Made by a program: the position numbers and the translations under genes. The notes under the pieces were generated by a model. The model searched no databases, was not told where the DNA came from, and saw only the letters and a program-made list of their open reading frames with translations. A DNA stretch of 64,000 nt from Ginglymostoma cirratum (Eukaryota): NCBI GenBank assembly GCA_024137785.1, contig JAHRHZ010000024.1, positions 31,315,572 through 31,379,571 on the forward strand, written 5' to 3'. Shown here piece after piece: positions 24,740 through 39,065 of the stretch. Numbering within the stretch: position 1 is the first letter of the stretch; every line of letters begins with the position of its first letter.

Positions 24740-25935
24740 GGAACATGTGAAATAGGAGCAGATGTGGAGGTCACCTGATCCTTCAACCCTGTTCCATCAT
24801 TCAGTCAAATCATGGCTGCTCTTTGTTTGAAATTATATTCTCTCTTCTACCCCTGATAACCTTTGATTCCCTTTTGCCTATGAAGAATCTACCTATATTC
24901 ACCTTGAAATTAATGACCTGGTCTCCACTGCCTTCTACCTTCCAAAGTCCAAGGAGAAAATGTTCTTCTCACCTTTGTCCTAAAAGGGCAGTCACAGAGT
25001 CATAGAGATATACAGCACAGAAACAGACTCATCAGTCCAACTCGTCCGTGCCAACCAGATATCCTGTTTAAATCTAGTCCCATTTGCCAGCATTTGGCCC
25101 ATATCCCTCTAAACCATTCCTATTCATATACCCATTGGATGCCTTTTAAATGTTGTAATTGTACCTGCCTCCACCACCTCCTCTGGCAGTTCATTCCATA
25201 CTCGCACCATTCTCTGAGTGAAAACGTTGCCCCTTAGATCCCTTTTATAATTCCCCCCCCCCCCTTAAACCTATGCCCTCTAGTTTTAGACTCACCCACC
25301 CCAGGGAAAAGACCTTGCCTACTTACCCTATCCATGCCCTAATGATTTTATAAACGCCTGTAAGGCCCCTCAGCTTCCGAAACTCCAGGCAGAATAGCCC
25401 CAGCCTATTCGGCCTCTCCCTATAGCAAATCATTGATTTTTATACACTGTACCTTTGTTCAGAACTCACCCTCGAGAATAAGTATCCTTGCCATGTCCAT
25501 CTTGTCAAAACTATTCAGGATCTTGTAAATTTCAAACAAATCACCCCTCACTCATCTCAACCCTAGTCGAAACAATCTCAGCCTGTCCAATCTTTCCTCG
25601 TTAGAAAACATACTCATTCAAGGTAACAATCCAGTAAACCTCATCTGAACTACCTTGAAAATATTTATATCCTTCCTTTAATGAGGAGACCACACATGTG
25701 AGGTCTCGCCAATGCTTGTATAATTGAAGCAAAATCCTTACTTGCTTGTTCAGTTCCTCTCATAATAAAGGATAGCACTCCAATAGCCCCCTTAATCACT
25801 TGCTGGACCTACATACTGACTTTAAGACCGATGAGAATTATTTTCTCTGAGGGTTGTATAATTTTGGAACTCTGCTTTAGAGCACCTAGATCCCTCTGCA
25901 TCTCAGAATTCTGCAGTAATTCTCCCTTTAAGTAA
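24740..25935 (-). mobile_element. CR1 LINE 3' part with a younger HER1-like 3' end nested at ~24990-25425
   Basis: Two successive CR1 3' UTRs; the inner one begins cacagagtcatagagatatacagcacagaaacagac. Confidence 0.8.
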
Positions 25936-27090
25936 TACTAATTTTTTAATTCTGTAATTAAAGTTGCGTGATTCATTTCCCCACACACACACACATCTGT
26001 GTGTACCTATATCATGTTTAGAGTTGGATTTTAAAATAGTGGCATGTAGTTATTGATAATTTGTATGAAGGGTACTTTTTTTGGGAAAAAAAACTAAGGT
26101 CCAGAACAGTGAGCTCATCCAGAATATGTCTGACAGCAGGTGACTGAACCCCTGCAGTTTAAGCGCAATAGTTTTTTTTTTATTTAAACTACTTTTCTAA
26201 TCAACCTATTCAGGTATGTTATTACACATCTCTGGAACAGATGGTACTTGTAACTTGTCTTGGGGTAGAGCCATTACCAATTGCATCACAAATGTGGGGT
26301 TTGTAACCCTCGGTTCGGAATCATCCAGAAATGTTTTCTAATTTGGAAAGCCTAGAGAATGAACTTTTTATGGCAGTTCTGCGGAGACCTGACTGGGGTC
26401 AGAAGCAAGTTTTAGTTTTTTCACCTTACAAGAGCATATGACAGTTCAGAAACAAAATCCAGTCACCTCAGTAGAAAAAAATAGTTTGTTGAGCTGCTAA
26501 GACAATTTCATTTAGAAATCTGTGAATCTTTAGGACAGAGATAGCTTAGACACTCAGAATTGTAGAAAAGTACATTATCAGCAGATTTGTAAAAGACTCA
26601 TCAAATTGTCTTCACAGTCCACAGAATGTTAAGTAGAACCCTAAGGAGTTGGGAGACTTTAATCCCTGTAACAGAGTGTTGGCAAACAGGTTAAAACTTT
26701 TTGTTTTGCAGTGTGTCTTAAAACTTTTATTTTTTGTTTTGTGTAATAAACTCTTGTTCTGTTGTTAAAGAAATTCTGCTGGCTTGTGTTACTGTTTCAA
26801 GATACTTGGTCTCTGACCTACTCCTGTAGCCACTATATGACTACCGCAATTCAGTTTCTCGTCAATGGTAACTCATGGGATGATAGTGTGCATATTTTTG
26901 TCATCTTGATCTTTCCTTTGTGCTAATTGCAAAATGCATGAAAATCAATCTGCCACTTGGACTTCATTATCTCCTGTGGTAGAGCCCTACAATCTTGGAT
27001 CAGCCTCATCCCAAATCCGAAATTTCAGGTGCAGGGGCTTGTGAATGTTTGCATGTGCATGAATGCTTGAACAATGGTATTTTCGAGTTT

Positions 27091-27440
27091 GTGGCGGCAC
27101 CCTGACTCAGTGGTTAGCACTGTCGCGTCACAGTGCCAGGGACCCAGGTTTGATTCCACCCTTGGGCGACTGTCTGTCTGGAGATTGCACATACTCCATG
27201 TGTCTGTGTAGGTTTCCCCCGCGCGCTCTGGTTTCCTCCCACAGTTGAAAGATGTGCAGATTAGGTGGATTAACCATGCTAAATTGCCCTCAGTGTCCAA
27301 GGATGAGTAGGCTAGACGTGTTAACCATGGGAAGTGCAGGGTTACAGGGATAGGGTGGGTTTGGATGGGGTGCTCTTCAGAAGGTCGATGTGGACTTGTT
27401 GAGCCAAATGGCCTGTTCCCACATCGTAGGGATTCTGTGA
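27091..27440 (+). mobile_element. HE1-like V-SINE, full length
   Basis: tRNA head (ctcagtggttagcactg; ggtttgattcc), V-domain-like ggtttcctcccacag...gatgtgcagattaggtggatt, and a CR1-type tail (aatggcctg...tagggattctgtga). Confidence 0.88.
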
Positions 27441-29134
27441 ACATCCGTGAACTATTATGATTCCTACAGTCAATATGTTTGCGACCTATTTTCATTTGTG
27501 ACCCCTTTTCAGGCTTGTTGGCATCAGTCAGTGTGGTTGCTTTACTTGGGCATACTTGTGGGTCCAGTCAGCTGTCACACATTACGCTGTAAGCATCTAA
27601 CCACAACAAGCAAGAGTGACTGTGACTGAGAGTTCTCAATAGCTGGTTGACCCCCAGACAGTCTTCGTCCTGTCACTGAGCATTTTCACAAAAAAAAACA
27701 CCTTGCTTGTGAAGGAGCCACATTATTAAAGATGTTTTTACTCATTGGAGCTTGGACGAAGAAATCCACCCTGACAGTACACGCTTCATATACTTGGTTG
27801 GGTTTGTGAACACACATGTATTATGTTTTCACCTAACCTAATTCCAATGGGTTGGAATGTTGATAAATATTTGTAGCATGTTGAGGAGTGCCGAAGAGGT
27901 GTCTGACCATGAGGTTGGGAAAGTCAACATGCTTGAAAGGTTCTGAGAAACTAACACAAAACTTAAACTTGTGGTCAGGATTTGGAAATTTCACCTTGTG
28001 GCCTATTTAAGTTTTCAGGCTGCCCTTGTTAAATCTCTGGCAGGTCAGGAATGTTCTACTCAACTTGTCAGGAGAAGCATTCCGTGATGAGATTGTTACG
28101 GAGGCATAGCAGATAACTTATGTGAGCTTCTTATCTATTTGACATTCATCACCTTGTTAGCATGGTAATTTTCTGTTCACCTGGTGGATTCTGGTTAAGT
28201 TTCGCAATAAGATCTATTGTTTCTTTATGTACATTGCTGGCAAGCTGCCTTACCCCTCTTCTTTGAGTCTGTTTGTTCCCACTCCTCCTGTTTACAGGCC
28301 AATATTGAGAGGAATGCAATCAAGAAAGGCAACTGGCTTGATCAGACGGATCATTTGTTCCCCTGTTCTCCCCTCTGTTGATGGGGCTCTTCTCTTGCTC
28401 TTTCCTTTGGCCTTGCATTCTTTTTGTAATGAAAGATTGTTATCCACGGGAAAATAAAATGCACTGAATAAGTTACCATAGTAACATATTGGCTTGTTTA
28501 TCATGTGTTCATCTGTCCAAAAGCGCATCAGCAGCACTATTTTAGAGAAAACACCTCCATTCAAGCTGTTGCCAAATTATATGCAAGTATGGAAATTCCT
28601 ACAAGTTCAATATAGTGTACATTCAGACATTGTTTTTCGCTTTTTAAACAACTAAAGTAACATAAGCAATTTTGATAAAATATACGTAATTATTTTTGCA
28701 TTATCTCAACTTGAATTAGAACTTCGAATTAAACAACTTTGAAGTAAGCAAGGGTTGTAGCACTCATTTGAGAAAAGCTCTAACAATATTGATTTCTATT
28801 TGGCCAAACGTAGCAGGCTTCTCTTATGAGGGTTATTTCTGAGAAGTCCTATGGTTAATCATTAACAGCTTATATTACTTGGTAATATTATGCCTACAGG
28901 TAGCCTTTATCTTTTGATCACAGTACTCAATATCCATGTACATGCTTTTTCAGTGTTTATTCCATAGCACTTGTTGTACTGTTGGACTACTTGCCCAGCA
29001 TCTGGGTCTGAGTTTCATGTATCACCAGTAGACATGTTTTTGCTGTTTAGGGTAGGTGTTGGTAGAGCTCCCACTGTGAACTGTTGAGCCTGCCTTAGTG
29101 TGTTATGACTGTGGGGCAAGCTTGCTTGGAGTAA

Positions 29135-29272
29135 TACACACATACATGTATGCACATGTAAATTCACACGTAAATGCACGCACACGCAAGCGTGCACAAA
29201 TGCACAAACACACAGACACATAAAAACACATTGCACTCCCAGAAACAGGTGCACATGCACACATGCGTGCAC
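29135..29272. repeat. Degenerate (CA)n / alternating purine-pyrimidine tract
   Basis: acacacatacatgtatgcacatg...gcacacatgcgtgcac. Confidence 0.8.
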
Positions 29273-30549
29273 ATCAGATGCTGACCTGAGTAATGGATCA
29301 GTCAGCCTCAGGTTGAATATTGGCTAAGCATGTCTCAGCCACTTATGTGCAGCAGACCTTGTGTGGAGAATTTAACTTTTGTACTCTCTGTAACTTGCCA
29401 AATGCCAGTGGAAATTTTAAATGTTGTTACCTTGTTCCGTGTATTTGTTGTACCTCCCCGAATATTCTACTCTTTGAAATATACTTCCTTTCAAAGCACA
29501 GTAGAGGGGATGGGCAGTGAGGAATTGACGCATTCAACATTCTCTTGAACCGATTGGATTGTCCGATCTGTCCTTATTATTTGTTTGTTCTTCTCCTGTA
29601 TTAGTAGCTGCCTGTTTTCAGCAAGTGGGAAAAGGTTCATTGTCCAGTACTTAATTTAAAGAATAGAAGAACAACAAATTGTCCAAACATACAATAGTTT
29701 GTTGAAAGTATTTAGGTGCTCCCCAGAAACTCTTTTGCTAAAGGCACTGCCCAATGTAACACTAACCTGTGCAGACTAAAAAGTTCTAGGTTTTCGTCCT
29801 AATATTTGCGGATCTCCTTTGGAACAGAGATTTGGGATAAGCAATATTTTCTCCATCTCAATCATAAGGAGAAGCAAAAATTCAATCTGAGTTTCTCATC
29901 TGTTGACCCCTGGTAGTAAATAGTCATTCATCGTTATTTGAACATGGGATTTAAGTTGGCATGTAACCTGTTGACTGTTACCACTTTGGTTCACATGAAG
30001 GGCAAGAATTAGTGAGAGGTACTGGTGGGATGTGCTTGCATACTATGCTGAGTGAGCCCTTTTAGGAAAGTAGGGAGAAGTGTCACTGAGTCGGAGAGGG
30101 GAGTGTTAATTGCAATATGAGTCCATTCTTGGATACAAGAATTTCAAATTTACAATATCTATTCCTGCAATTGGTGGCCATATAATTATTGTTTTCACAT
30201 TTCCCATGCAGACATTTGGCGTAATTCAGAGAACCATTACAGATCTGGATGGTTTTGGTTAGTACTTCCAAGGAGCCTTTTTGGAGTCCAGTATGTTGGA
30301 AGGATATTTACGCCAGTTTTGTTAAGGAGAAAAGATTGGAAAGAACGTAAAAACAAGACCAATTTCTGTCATTTCCAAAGATTGAATGGAAACGTATCGT
30401 TCTTGATGTAACTTTAACAGTTTTATTTTCCACACAGATCTCTGGATTAAGATAATTAGGGTTTTGTTCCTTGTTTAAAAATACAATAAATAATCAACTT
30501 TAAAATGTAACTCCTTCATATTATTATGGATTGTGGATATTTCAGCTTT

Positions 30550-30780
30550 TTCCCCTCCAAGGCAGACACCATCCTGATTTGAAGCTGAATCGCCATTCCT
30601 TCACTTTTGCTGGGTCAAAATCCTGGCACTCCTTTCCTGATAGCACTTTGGGTATCCCTATGCATCAAGGACTGCAGCAGTTGAAGAAGGCAGTTCATCA
30701 CCACCTTCTCTAAGGCTGTGGGTGATGTGTAACAAACACTACCTTATCTAGTAGTGCCAACATCCTATGAACAAATACTA
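30550..30780 (+). mobile_element. 3' tail fragment of the SINE-headed LINE family
   Basis: gggtcaaaatcctgg...ggactgcagcagttgaagaaggcagttcatcaccaccttctc aligns with 52140-52360. Confidence 0.8.
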
Positions 30781-31004
30781 AAATTCGTACAAACTTGCTC
30801 ATCGTAGCTCATCCTCAACATATATAAGAAGAACATGCATTGAAAAGAAGTGAAGATGCAAAAGGCTGCCTGTTAAGGGATTTCCTGCCATACAGAATGA
30901 ATATTCATGGCTCGGATCTGCACCAAAACAGTTCTGCTCACAAGTTCTGAATGTGCAGTGCTACTTTGGTTTTACTCTTTAAAAGAAAAGTCAGCAACAG
31001 TAAG

Positions 31005-32030
31005 GTCCAGTGGCTAAAAGCAAGGAATTATACAGTTCCAGGAGATCTCCATAAGATTTCCTCAGGATAAATGTTTTCTAATTGACCTGTTTGGTGACAT
31101 CATTATATAGCTGCTGGAGTAGGTGGGACTTGAACCTAGACATCCTCGCTCAGGTAGGGGTAACACCATAGAACTATAAGATCCCCAGCCCCTCAATGTA
31201 GTGCCCTGGGCCCAACCTTCGTCAGCTGCTTCATCAGTAATTTATCCTCCATCATTAGGTCAGAAGTGGGGATGTGCAATTGTCAGCAAAGTTCGGCACA
31301 ATTAGTGAGTAGCAAGTGCTAGGTACAGGCCATCCCCAACAAGTGAGAAAACAAATTTTACACCTTGACTTTCAACAATATTACCAGGTTGGATTTCCCA
31401 TTACCTACATCCTGGTGGCTGTCATTGACCAGAAGGGGAACTGGACCAGCCATATACATACTATGTACATGAACAATTCAGAGGCTGGGAATCCCGCAGG
31501 AAATAAGTCAACCCCTGACTCCCCAAAGCTTGTTCTCTACCTTTAAGGCACCAGTCAGGAGTGTGTGGAATACTCCATACTTGCCTGGATGATTTCAGCA
31601 CTAACAACACTCAAGAAGCTTGATAGAATCCAGAACAACCACAAGCATTCACTCCCTTCACCACTAGCACTCAATAGCAACAGTGTGCCCTAACTCCAAG
31701 TTGCACTACGGAGATTCGCCAGGGCTCCTTCGAAAGCACCTTCCAAACCCTGTACCTGCCTCATCTAAAAGGACAAGAGCAGTATAACAACAGCACTACC
31801 TACAAGTTCCCCTTTAAGCCACATACCATCCTGACATTGAACTGTATCGCAGTTCCTTCATGTCATTGGGTCGTAATCCTGGGTCAGTCTCCCTAATACC
31901 ACTGTGGGTGTCCTTACCCCCATAAACTACAGTGGCTCAATAAGTGGCTCACCACCACCACCTCAAGGCAATTAGGGATTGGTAATAAATGCCGATCCAG
32001 CCAGCAACATCCACACCTTGTGAATCAGTT
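31005..32030 (+). mobile_element. RT-to-tail fragment of the SINE-headed LINE family, interrupted by a SINE head at ~31075-31190
   Basis: cagctgcttcatcagt...catcattaggtcagaagtggggatg and the downstream sequence align with 51380-52360. Confidence 0.85.
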
Positions 32031-32199
32031 TTAAACATATAAAGAAACTCTGTTCAAGACAGTAATGTACTTCTTTCCATGTGTCAGTGAGTCCAGACAT
32101 CTGCCTTCCAGCTGAAGGTCTAGAGTAACCCATATCATCTTAATTTGAGATGTAGGCATAGCGTAAAGCCTGTGAGCCTCTGCATCTCTATAAGAATCA

Positions 32200-32600
32200 A
32201 CCAACTGAGCATGGGATTCTGACGTGGGAAGACTGAGCAGTGAGGGAGGTTCCCCGGCATCTACAGGCGGCAAGAACAGGCAGCTGAGGTCTCCCAGATT
32301 GCGAGCTAAGCAGAGGAGATTGAGGCCCTTGCAAGCAGTCATCAAAGACTGTTGAACTTAACTTTATTCCTTTGTTTTTCTAATTTATGTTAAGAAGAAC
32401 TTTAACGTTAACTATAACCTTATTTTCTACTTATTCTATGAAGATCTGTAATGCTTAACTTTTTAACTTTGTTTCTTTTACTACTTTGCACCTGAATTTT
32501 TTTGCACCTGAGATGACACCATGTGATGACATTAGACACTTTAGTCACTGTACTCCAACACTTCTGTACTTGAATACACATGACAATAAAATCTCAATCT
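32200..32600 (+). mobile_element. Non-autonomous element related to 18361-18970 by its tail
   Basis: GC-rich 5' part, T-rich 3' part, ending cacatgacaataaaatctcaatcta. Confidence 0.45.
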
Positions 32601-32778
32601 ATATTGTAATATTAGATATTGTCACTTAAGCTGTATATTAATACAGAGGAGTTACAACAGAAAAAGCGACTATTTGCCCAATTAATTTGTTTTCGGTGTT
32701 AACTCAGATCGATAGCAAGTTGCTTTAACACTATAATAACACACAACCATCCTGCTTCCAAATCTCTTCACACATTGT

Positions 32779-32822
32779 TAACCAGATATTCATATTAACC
32801 AGATATTCATTTACCCAGATAC
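32779..32822. repeat. ~17-bp tandem repeat, about 2.5 copies
   Basis: taaccagatattcatat taaccagatattcatt tacccagata. Confidence 0.8.
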
Positions 32823-34634
32823 ACCACTGTTAGTCTTTTTGAACCTTCGAGCTCTGTAAGCATCAACAGAATGTTTCTTTCATTAAGCTGCCAATTAGAT
32901 CTGGTGTACACTGCCGTCATGACATTCCTCCAATCGTTGAGAAAACAGCAGCGTTTGCAAACTACCTGAAGCTGTGAAATCTCTCATGATTGTAAGAGAT
33001 TTCCCAGTTTTTCAATAAAGAGGATGATTGTTGCTACTAATTCTAATGCCTCCTTAGATTAATTGGTAAAGCTGAGTTACAATTTCAGTAATTGTGATTT
33101 AAGCATTTGGTGATCAGGAGTGCAAAGTCTGCCCAAATCTGAATGCGTGTTTGTGACTGATGTGCCTCATTCACTTCCTTCAAGATGCCTGCTGAGTTTG
33201 AAATATTTCCCTGTGATACTGCATCTCTAGATTGAGAGTAAGACTGCCAACCCAGTGGAAAGTTTGTCTTCGGAATTTAGCAACAAAATCTTTCAAGATC
33301 ATTTGTGCCAGTAACATTCTCAAAGTCACTTCCAAATTTCAGCCCCATATGGAGTTTGGCTTCAAGGGTTTGGCAGTCTTGCTGCATTGTAGTGGGAGTC
33401 ACATATATTTGAGTGAGAGGCCTGGCTTTGTGAAACACCCTTTTTTCCCAATAAAACACATCATTTTATATTGTGTATTTCAAGATCTTTGGAAGAGATC
33501 AGTATGGAAATGAAAGTATATCAGTAATGACATGTCAACAGCACTGTTTACTGGAGGCAGGCTGAATATTTAAATCCATTTGCCATTTTCATTGATCATT
33601 CTTCCATTTATTTTTCAAGATGAATGGAAAATCCTGACTGCAAGATTTTCAATAATCTCGTCAGTGGTTTAACCCAGATCTTACTGAGACAACTTAAAAG
33701 TTATCTTAAACTCTAGTGCAAGCTGTCAATTACATAAGCACTTACCTGCACATATCGAATTTAATACTGGCAGTGTGAAGTAACAGAGAGACTTGCTTAA
33801 GCCTAAACTCTGTTTTACTCATTGGGCCAAATCGGAAGGGTAGTAACTCATAACTAATCATGTTCACTAACACATACCGATTATGCTAGTGAATAAAATC
33901 ACTTTTTAGTATGATCCTGTGATACAGAGGTATTAGTGTAAACCCAGTTGCATTTATTTAATAACATTTTGAAACATTGTTTACATGTTTAAATCTTGTA
34001 AAATAAAAGCACAGGGATATTATCCTCATTTGTCCACCAGGACCGAAATGTGCCAGATTTCATGCCCAGTGTCTTCAAAGGAAACATGAATGTACATATG
34101 TATTCTCAAGATGTTGGGGCAAAGCACTTCATAGAAAATGAAGTATTTTTCAAAAAGTCATTGATGAAGTCAAATGCAGTAGCCAACTTACACACAACAC
34201 ACTCCCACCAACAGGAATATGATAAGAGAACTGATAAAACTAAACTTTTGTACTCTAATCCCTGGAGTGGGAGTTGAACCTACAGCATTCTGATATTGTG
34301 GTAAGAGTCCTGCCATGGAGGCACAGCTGATGGAGCTCCTAGCAATGGCGCCACAAATACACTGTGTTGCCTGGCTGTTGGAAGGTGGGGATGATACAAG
34401 GGAGTGGGCAAAGGGAAAGATTGAGTTTGTCTTGTGTCCTGATTATAATCCAGTACAAATGATTGGAATGTTTTGTAGGAGTTAGATGGGATTAAGACTA
34501 AATGTTGATGTGATTTCCTGCGTAGTCAAATTCCTCTTCATACTTCTGTCCAGGCTCACAATGAAGGATAGCAACAAGTTGCCAGTGCCCCTGGGGAAGG
34601 GAGAAAACTGTTAACTTCCATCTGTCCTGAACAA

Positions 34635-34750
34635 TCTTTTTCTCTTTCTCCCTCTCCCTCTCTCTCTCTGCTTGCCCTTTCTGCCCTTCCTCCCCATTTC
34701 CTTTCCTTTCCTGTTCTTATCTAATTTCCTGCCTGCTCCCCACTTTGTCT
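34635..34750. repeat. Polypyrimidine low-complexity tract
   Basis: Mostly C/T on the + strand. Confidence 0.8.
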
Positions 34751-36879
34751 TTTCATCAGTTACTTCATTAAATACTGAGGCCCTTTATGTCAACAGTTAT
34801 TTTAACAGTTTCAGACCTACCTCGGGCACGATGGGCTGGTCAGTGCAGTAAATAGTCTGAACATCTTTTGTTCAGCTATGTAAATGAAGTTTAAATCTGT
34901 ACTAACTTAATCTTTGTGTGCAACAGTAGGATTCCTTTTTTGACCTTAATTGGATGTTGTAAAATAATTAGACATTATTTGCAAAGGACCATAGGCATCT
35001 CTTTCCATTAGAGAGAAATTATTGAGGTTGTGTGTGTGAGGATAGCTTGAGGACTCCACTCCACAAGTGTGGGACAGCCAAGGAGGCTGGGCCTCCACGT
35101 ATTACCAAGACCGTTGCAGGGATTGTACCTGAGCCAAAGGCATCAATCTGCAACACACTAAGCATTTAGGGACCTGAGATGTTTTGTATATGCATTCAAA
35201 TGTACTTATCCATTCTTTCCAAAGGCAGACTGAAGCACTAAGTGAGGCTAGCCTGAATTGTTAAACTGTTTATATTCTGGACAGCGAGTGAATGCGTGGA
35301 GAAGCTGTTGTGATGAAATCCCATTTTAAATTAACTAACAGGAGAATTTTGTTAGAGAACAAGAAATATCATAGAAGCGTTGAGCAATATCCTTGTTAGC
35401 AGAATTGCTTAAATTCTGAACATTATGTCTCTGCACCCCTGGCCAGTAAGTTTCTTCGCCCTAGTTGTTTGGCTGACAGTTTCTCTTTTTCCTCCTAATC
35501 TGAGTGAGTCTGCCCTTCTCAGGCCTTCTTCAATTAAGTAGTTTACCAGTAAACCTGATACTGTTGAGTTTGTACAAGGCTGAGTGACATATTGTATATA
35601 ATTTGGCAGTGATTACTACATTTTATACTCCTCCAAATTTGCATAGTATTATATGGCTTGCTATCTGCCTTTGTACATCTGTTTCTCATCACATTTGTCT
35701 GTCCTCATGTGCGCACTTTCTCATTCTTGTTCAGCTTCGAATCAGCAGTGTCACAGAACAACACAACAGAGAACTGAACAGTCCACTTTTTAACTCTTTG
35801 CACATTGGCGGCTTAATAATGGTGTATTTCAGGTAGGTGAGTTAGCATATCACTGAACAGCTAAACTAATCACAATAATGGCTGCCAGTATTAAGGAAAA
35901 ACATTCATTTGCTTTATTACGTGGCATAAGAATGTTTCCAGATCCTCAAGAAGACTTGCTGTGGACAAAATGGTGCACAATTGGTCCATTGTGTCATGGA
36001 TTGTGTGGTGCTGAGTAAGGTGACATTGCTCATGAGGAAGAACCGATAAATTGGGATGAGATACACCTTCTGCAGGTATCAAAGTTCGACTGAACTGTGA
36101 CAACTATTTCCCAGAGCAATTGCAGTCGCCCCTGGAGTTAATTAAGTATTAATTATGGTATTAAGATGTAACCATTCTAACCTGATCTTCATTGCCCCAT
36201 CTTTTTATCATGATGGAACAGTATGGTTCGAGGGAAATCGTCATTGTAGTGGCATAGACAGAGATGGGTGTCAGGTCGGCTCACTTACTAGCTGCCGCCA
36301 GGACCCTTCAAAAGGGCTTAGAGTTGGACTTCCACTTGTTTTTGTCTTACCAGGAAAGGTTAGAGGGATTAAAGCTTGTGCTAACTCCTAGCTAAACATA
36401 AAATCAACCCTCCCAACTCACCTCTGCTCCCTCCAACCCCAAATTAAATGGCAATGTGCAATTTAGAAGGAACATTGTCCCACCCTGTTCCTGATCAGTA
36501 TTTCATTTCTCCGCAACCCTTGACTCAACATGACCCAGCCACGCTGTCCTAGTCAGACCCATGCTAACTGCTAGACTTACCGCTAGCCCTCATCCACTTG
36601 CCTGTCACCCCACCAGCCTCCCCATCACCCACCTGTTCCTTTTCCCCCTCATTTGCCTTCTCTCAGTAGCTGTCAAAGTGGTTTAAGGAGTTTTAAATTG
36701 TAGAATATGGCAACTATTGCTAAATAGGGGGATGTGGTTTCAGTTGCTGATCCTCTCTGCTGCTTGCTGCAGCATTCCTGAATTTTATCCATGCCGCTTT
36801 GGCTAGAATGGCATCTGGCCTGAAAGTTCACCACCCAGTAAACTGCTACAAAAGCAACCGGGCCACCTTTCTGTCTGAA

Positions 36880-37352
36880 AGATGGCATGTGGCACAGCGG
36901 TTAGCACTGCTGCCTCATAGTGCCAGGGGTCCAGGTTCAGTTTCATTTGTGAACAAAAACAAAGTTGCTGGAAAAGCTCAGCAGGTCTGGCAGCATCTGT
37001 GAAGGAGAAAACAAGAGTTAATGTTTTGGGTCCGGTGACCCTTCCTCAGTTACATTTGTGGGTGACTGCTTGTGTGGAGTTTGCAGGTTCCCCCCGTGTC
37101 TGCATGGGTTTCCTCTGGGTGCTCCAATTTCCTCCCACAGTCTCCAAAAATGTGCAGGTTGCGCGGTTTCACCATTTTTAAAAAATAGCCTGATAGTGTT
37201 CAGGAATGTGCAGGTTAGGTGTGTTTGCCTTGGTTAAAAAAACAACCCATGGGATATTACAGGAATGGAGTTAAGGTGGGGTGGGTCTGGGTGGAATGCT
37301 CTTCGGAGGGTCGGTGCAGACTCTTTTTGCAGTGTAGGGATTCTATGATATT
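36880..37352 (+). mobile_element. HE1-like V-SINE with a Penelope-like family B fragment (36952-37049, minus strand) inserted near its B-box
   Basis: SINE head gtggcacagcggttagcactgctgcctca; flanking duplication tcagtt(t/a)catttgtg at 36937-36951 and 37046-37060. Confidence 0.85.
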
Positions 37353-38544
37353 ATGAAATGGTTCTAAGATAGGGATTCCGACCTAGCTCAGAAGATTCAG
37401 GGACCATATAGTTAGTTGTTAAAAGTGGCAATTTAACATTGCTGTTATAGTTGAGAGAATGCACTTTCCTGCTTGATTAGCTTACAATCATCTGAATCTG
37501 AATTGCATGTGAACTATCACTGCTTTGGAAAGAGTTGGAGACTGAATTAGCAAAAGAATTTTGTGTTTCCCTGGTAGCCATTTGCAAGATGTATACAGGA
37601 CTGTGAGATGCTTTGTTGGAAACTAAGTCAGGTCGAAATCACTTGAAAGGTCTAACACAGCAAAAGAGACCTAGATTAAGAAGCTTTCTAAAGTCAGTTT
37701 GGGACAAATCAAAAGATTGTAAACAGCCCATGCTGTAAGTTTGTACGTGATTGGAGAAATTAATTTTATAATTCCTGAAATAAATTAATAACTTGAATTA
37801 GTTTTATGTCCATTGCTTCAAATATTCTGGGGTTTGTGATATATTTGAGCTCAATTTTAGCTTTCTCTTATGGAAGATTTTACCTGGAAGACTTGGCAGT
37901 TTTCGGACCGGCAAGTACATTTGTGAATTTCAGGGCAAGGAGCATGTCGTTCTTTCAGCATCAACACCAAACCTGAGAACTTTCTCTGTTCTTTGGCCAA
38001 AGTGAATGGCCAAGGAAATATTTCAAAAATAACCTGCTCTTGGCTGGTGACATCATTTGCCATTTTGACCTATGATCTGGGATGACGTTAATAAATCTTA
38101 AGGAATTTATTGTGACTTGCCATAGAGAATTTTGAGCTTTGCGTAGAATTGTGTTAGTCCGTTATTAATAATAACTATACAGAGCATCCTGAAACCTTGG
38201 CTTAGCAGACATGACACCCATCCATCTTCCAAAGAATTCCTCTTTTTAGCCTGAGCAAATGGTTATTGAGGTAATAAAGGTCTCAGAAGCCACAGTTAAA
38301 TGTTCCTGAGTAATAAAAGGCCACCTGCTTAAGCAACCGTTTTGAACAGAAATTTTTATCTATTATTCAGCTGGTCAGGCAGCATCTGTGGAAAGAGAAG
38401 CAGAGTTGTTCTTTCAAGGTAAAAATGACATCCTTGGAACAGTCATATTGATGAGAATGGTTCAGAGGGTGGGCAACTTCAGTTAAATGAAGGTCAGTGG
38501 GAGATGTTAAGACTGTTCTCCTTAAAAAGAGAAACTGAAATAGG

Positions 38545-39065
38545 ACCTGGCACAATTATTCAAAATCGTGGAAAGTGGACGGTGTAGATTAGCAGCTATT
38601 GTTCCTACTCATGAAGAGATGAGAGTGACAGGGCACAAATTTTAAGTCATTATGGAAGGAAGGAAAGAAAGTGATTTGAGAAGTAACTACATCACATAGT
38701 AAGAGATAGTAAGAACTGCCGATGCTGGAATCTGAGATAACACAGTGTGGTGCTGGTGGAACGCAGCAGGCCAGGCAGCATCAGAGGAACATCCTCTGCT
38801 GCTGTCTGGCCTGCTGTGTTCCTCCAGCTCGACACTCTACATCACGTTGTAGTTGGTTAGATTTGCAATACACTGCCTGAGAGTGTGATGGCTGCAGATT
38901 CAATTGCAAACTTCAAAAGGGAATGAGACGGTTATTTTAAAATGGAGAATGTGCTGGTTTACATGGAGAAGTTGAGAGTGAACAAAATTGAATTGCTTAT
39001 TTAGAGAGTTGGGTCAGACGCAATTGGCCTAATAGCCTCTTTCAGCATGGTAAACGGAATCTGTG
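38545..39065 (+). mobile_element. Old CR1 3' end containing a fold-back Penelope-like insertion (~38700-38836)
   Basis: CR1-like acagggcacaaattttaag...caatacactgcctgagagtgtg; duplicated ctacatcac at 38687-38695 and 38837-38845. Confidence 0.7.

Noticed and set aside
24282-24746. 154-aa ORF as the Harbinger transposase
   Set aside because: No recognisable DDE/Harbinger motifs, so the ORF is left unassigned.
26040-26830. Possible decayed LTR
   Set aside because: An AATAAA-containing U5-like end is suggestive, but there are no clear termini, TSD or second copy.
27025-27495. 156-aa minus-strand ORF
   Set aside because: It is the antisense reading of an HE1-like SINE.
29015-29272. Cys/Val/His-rich ORF
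   Set aside because: It is a translation of the degenerate (TG)n tract.
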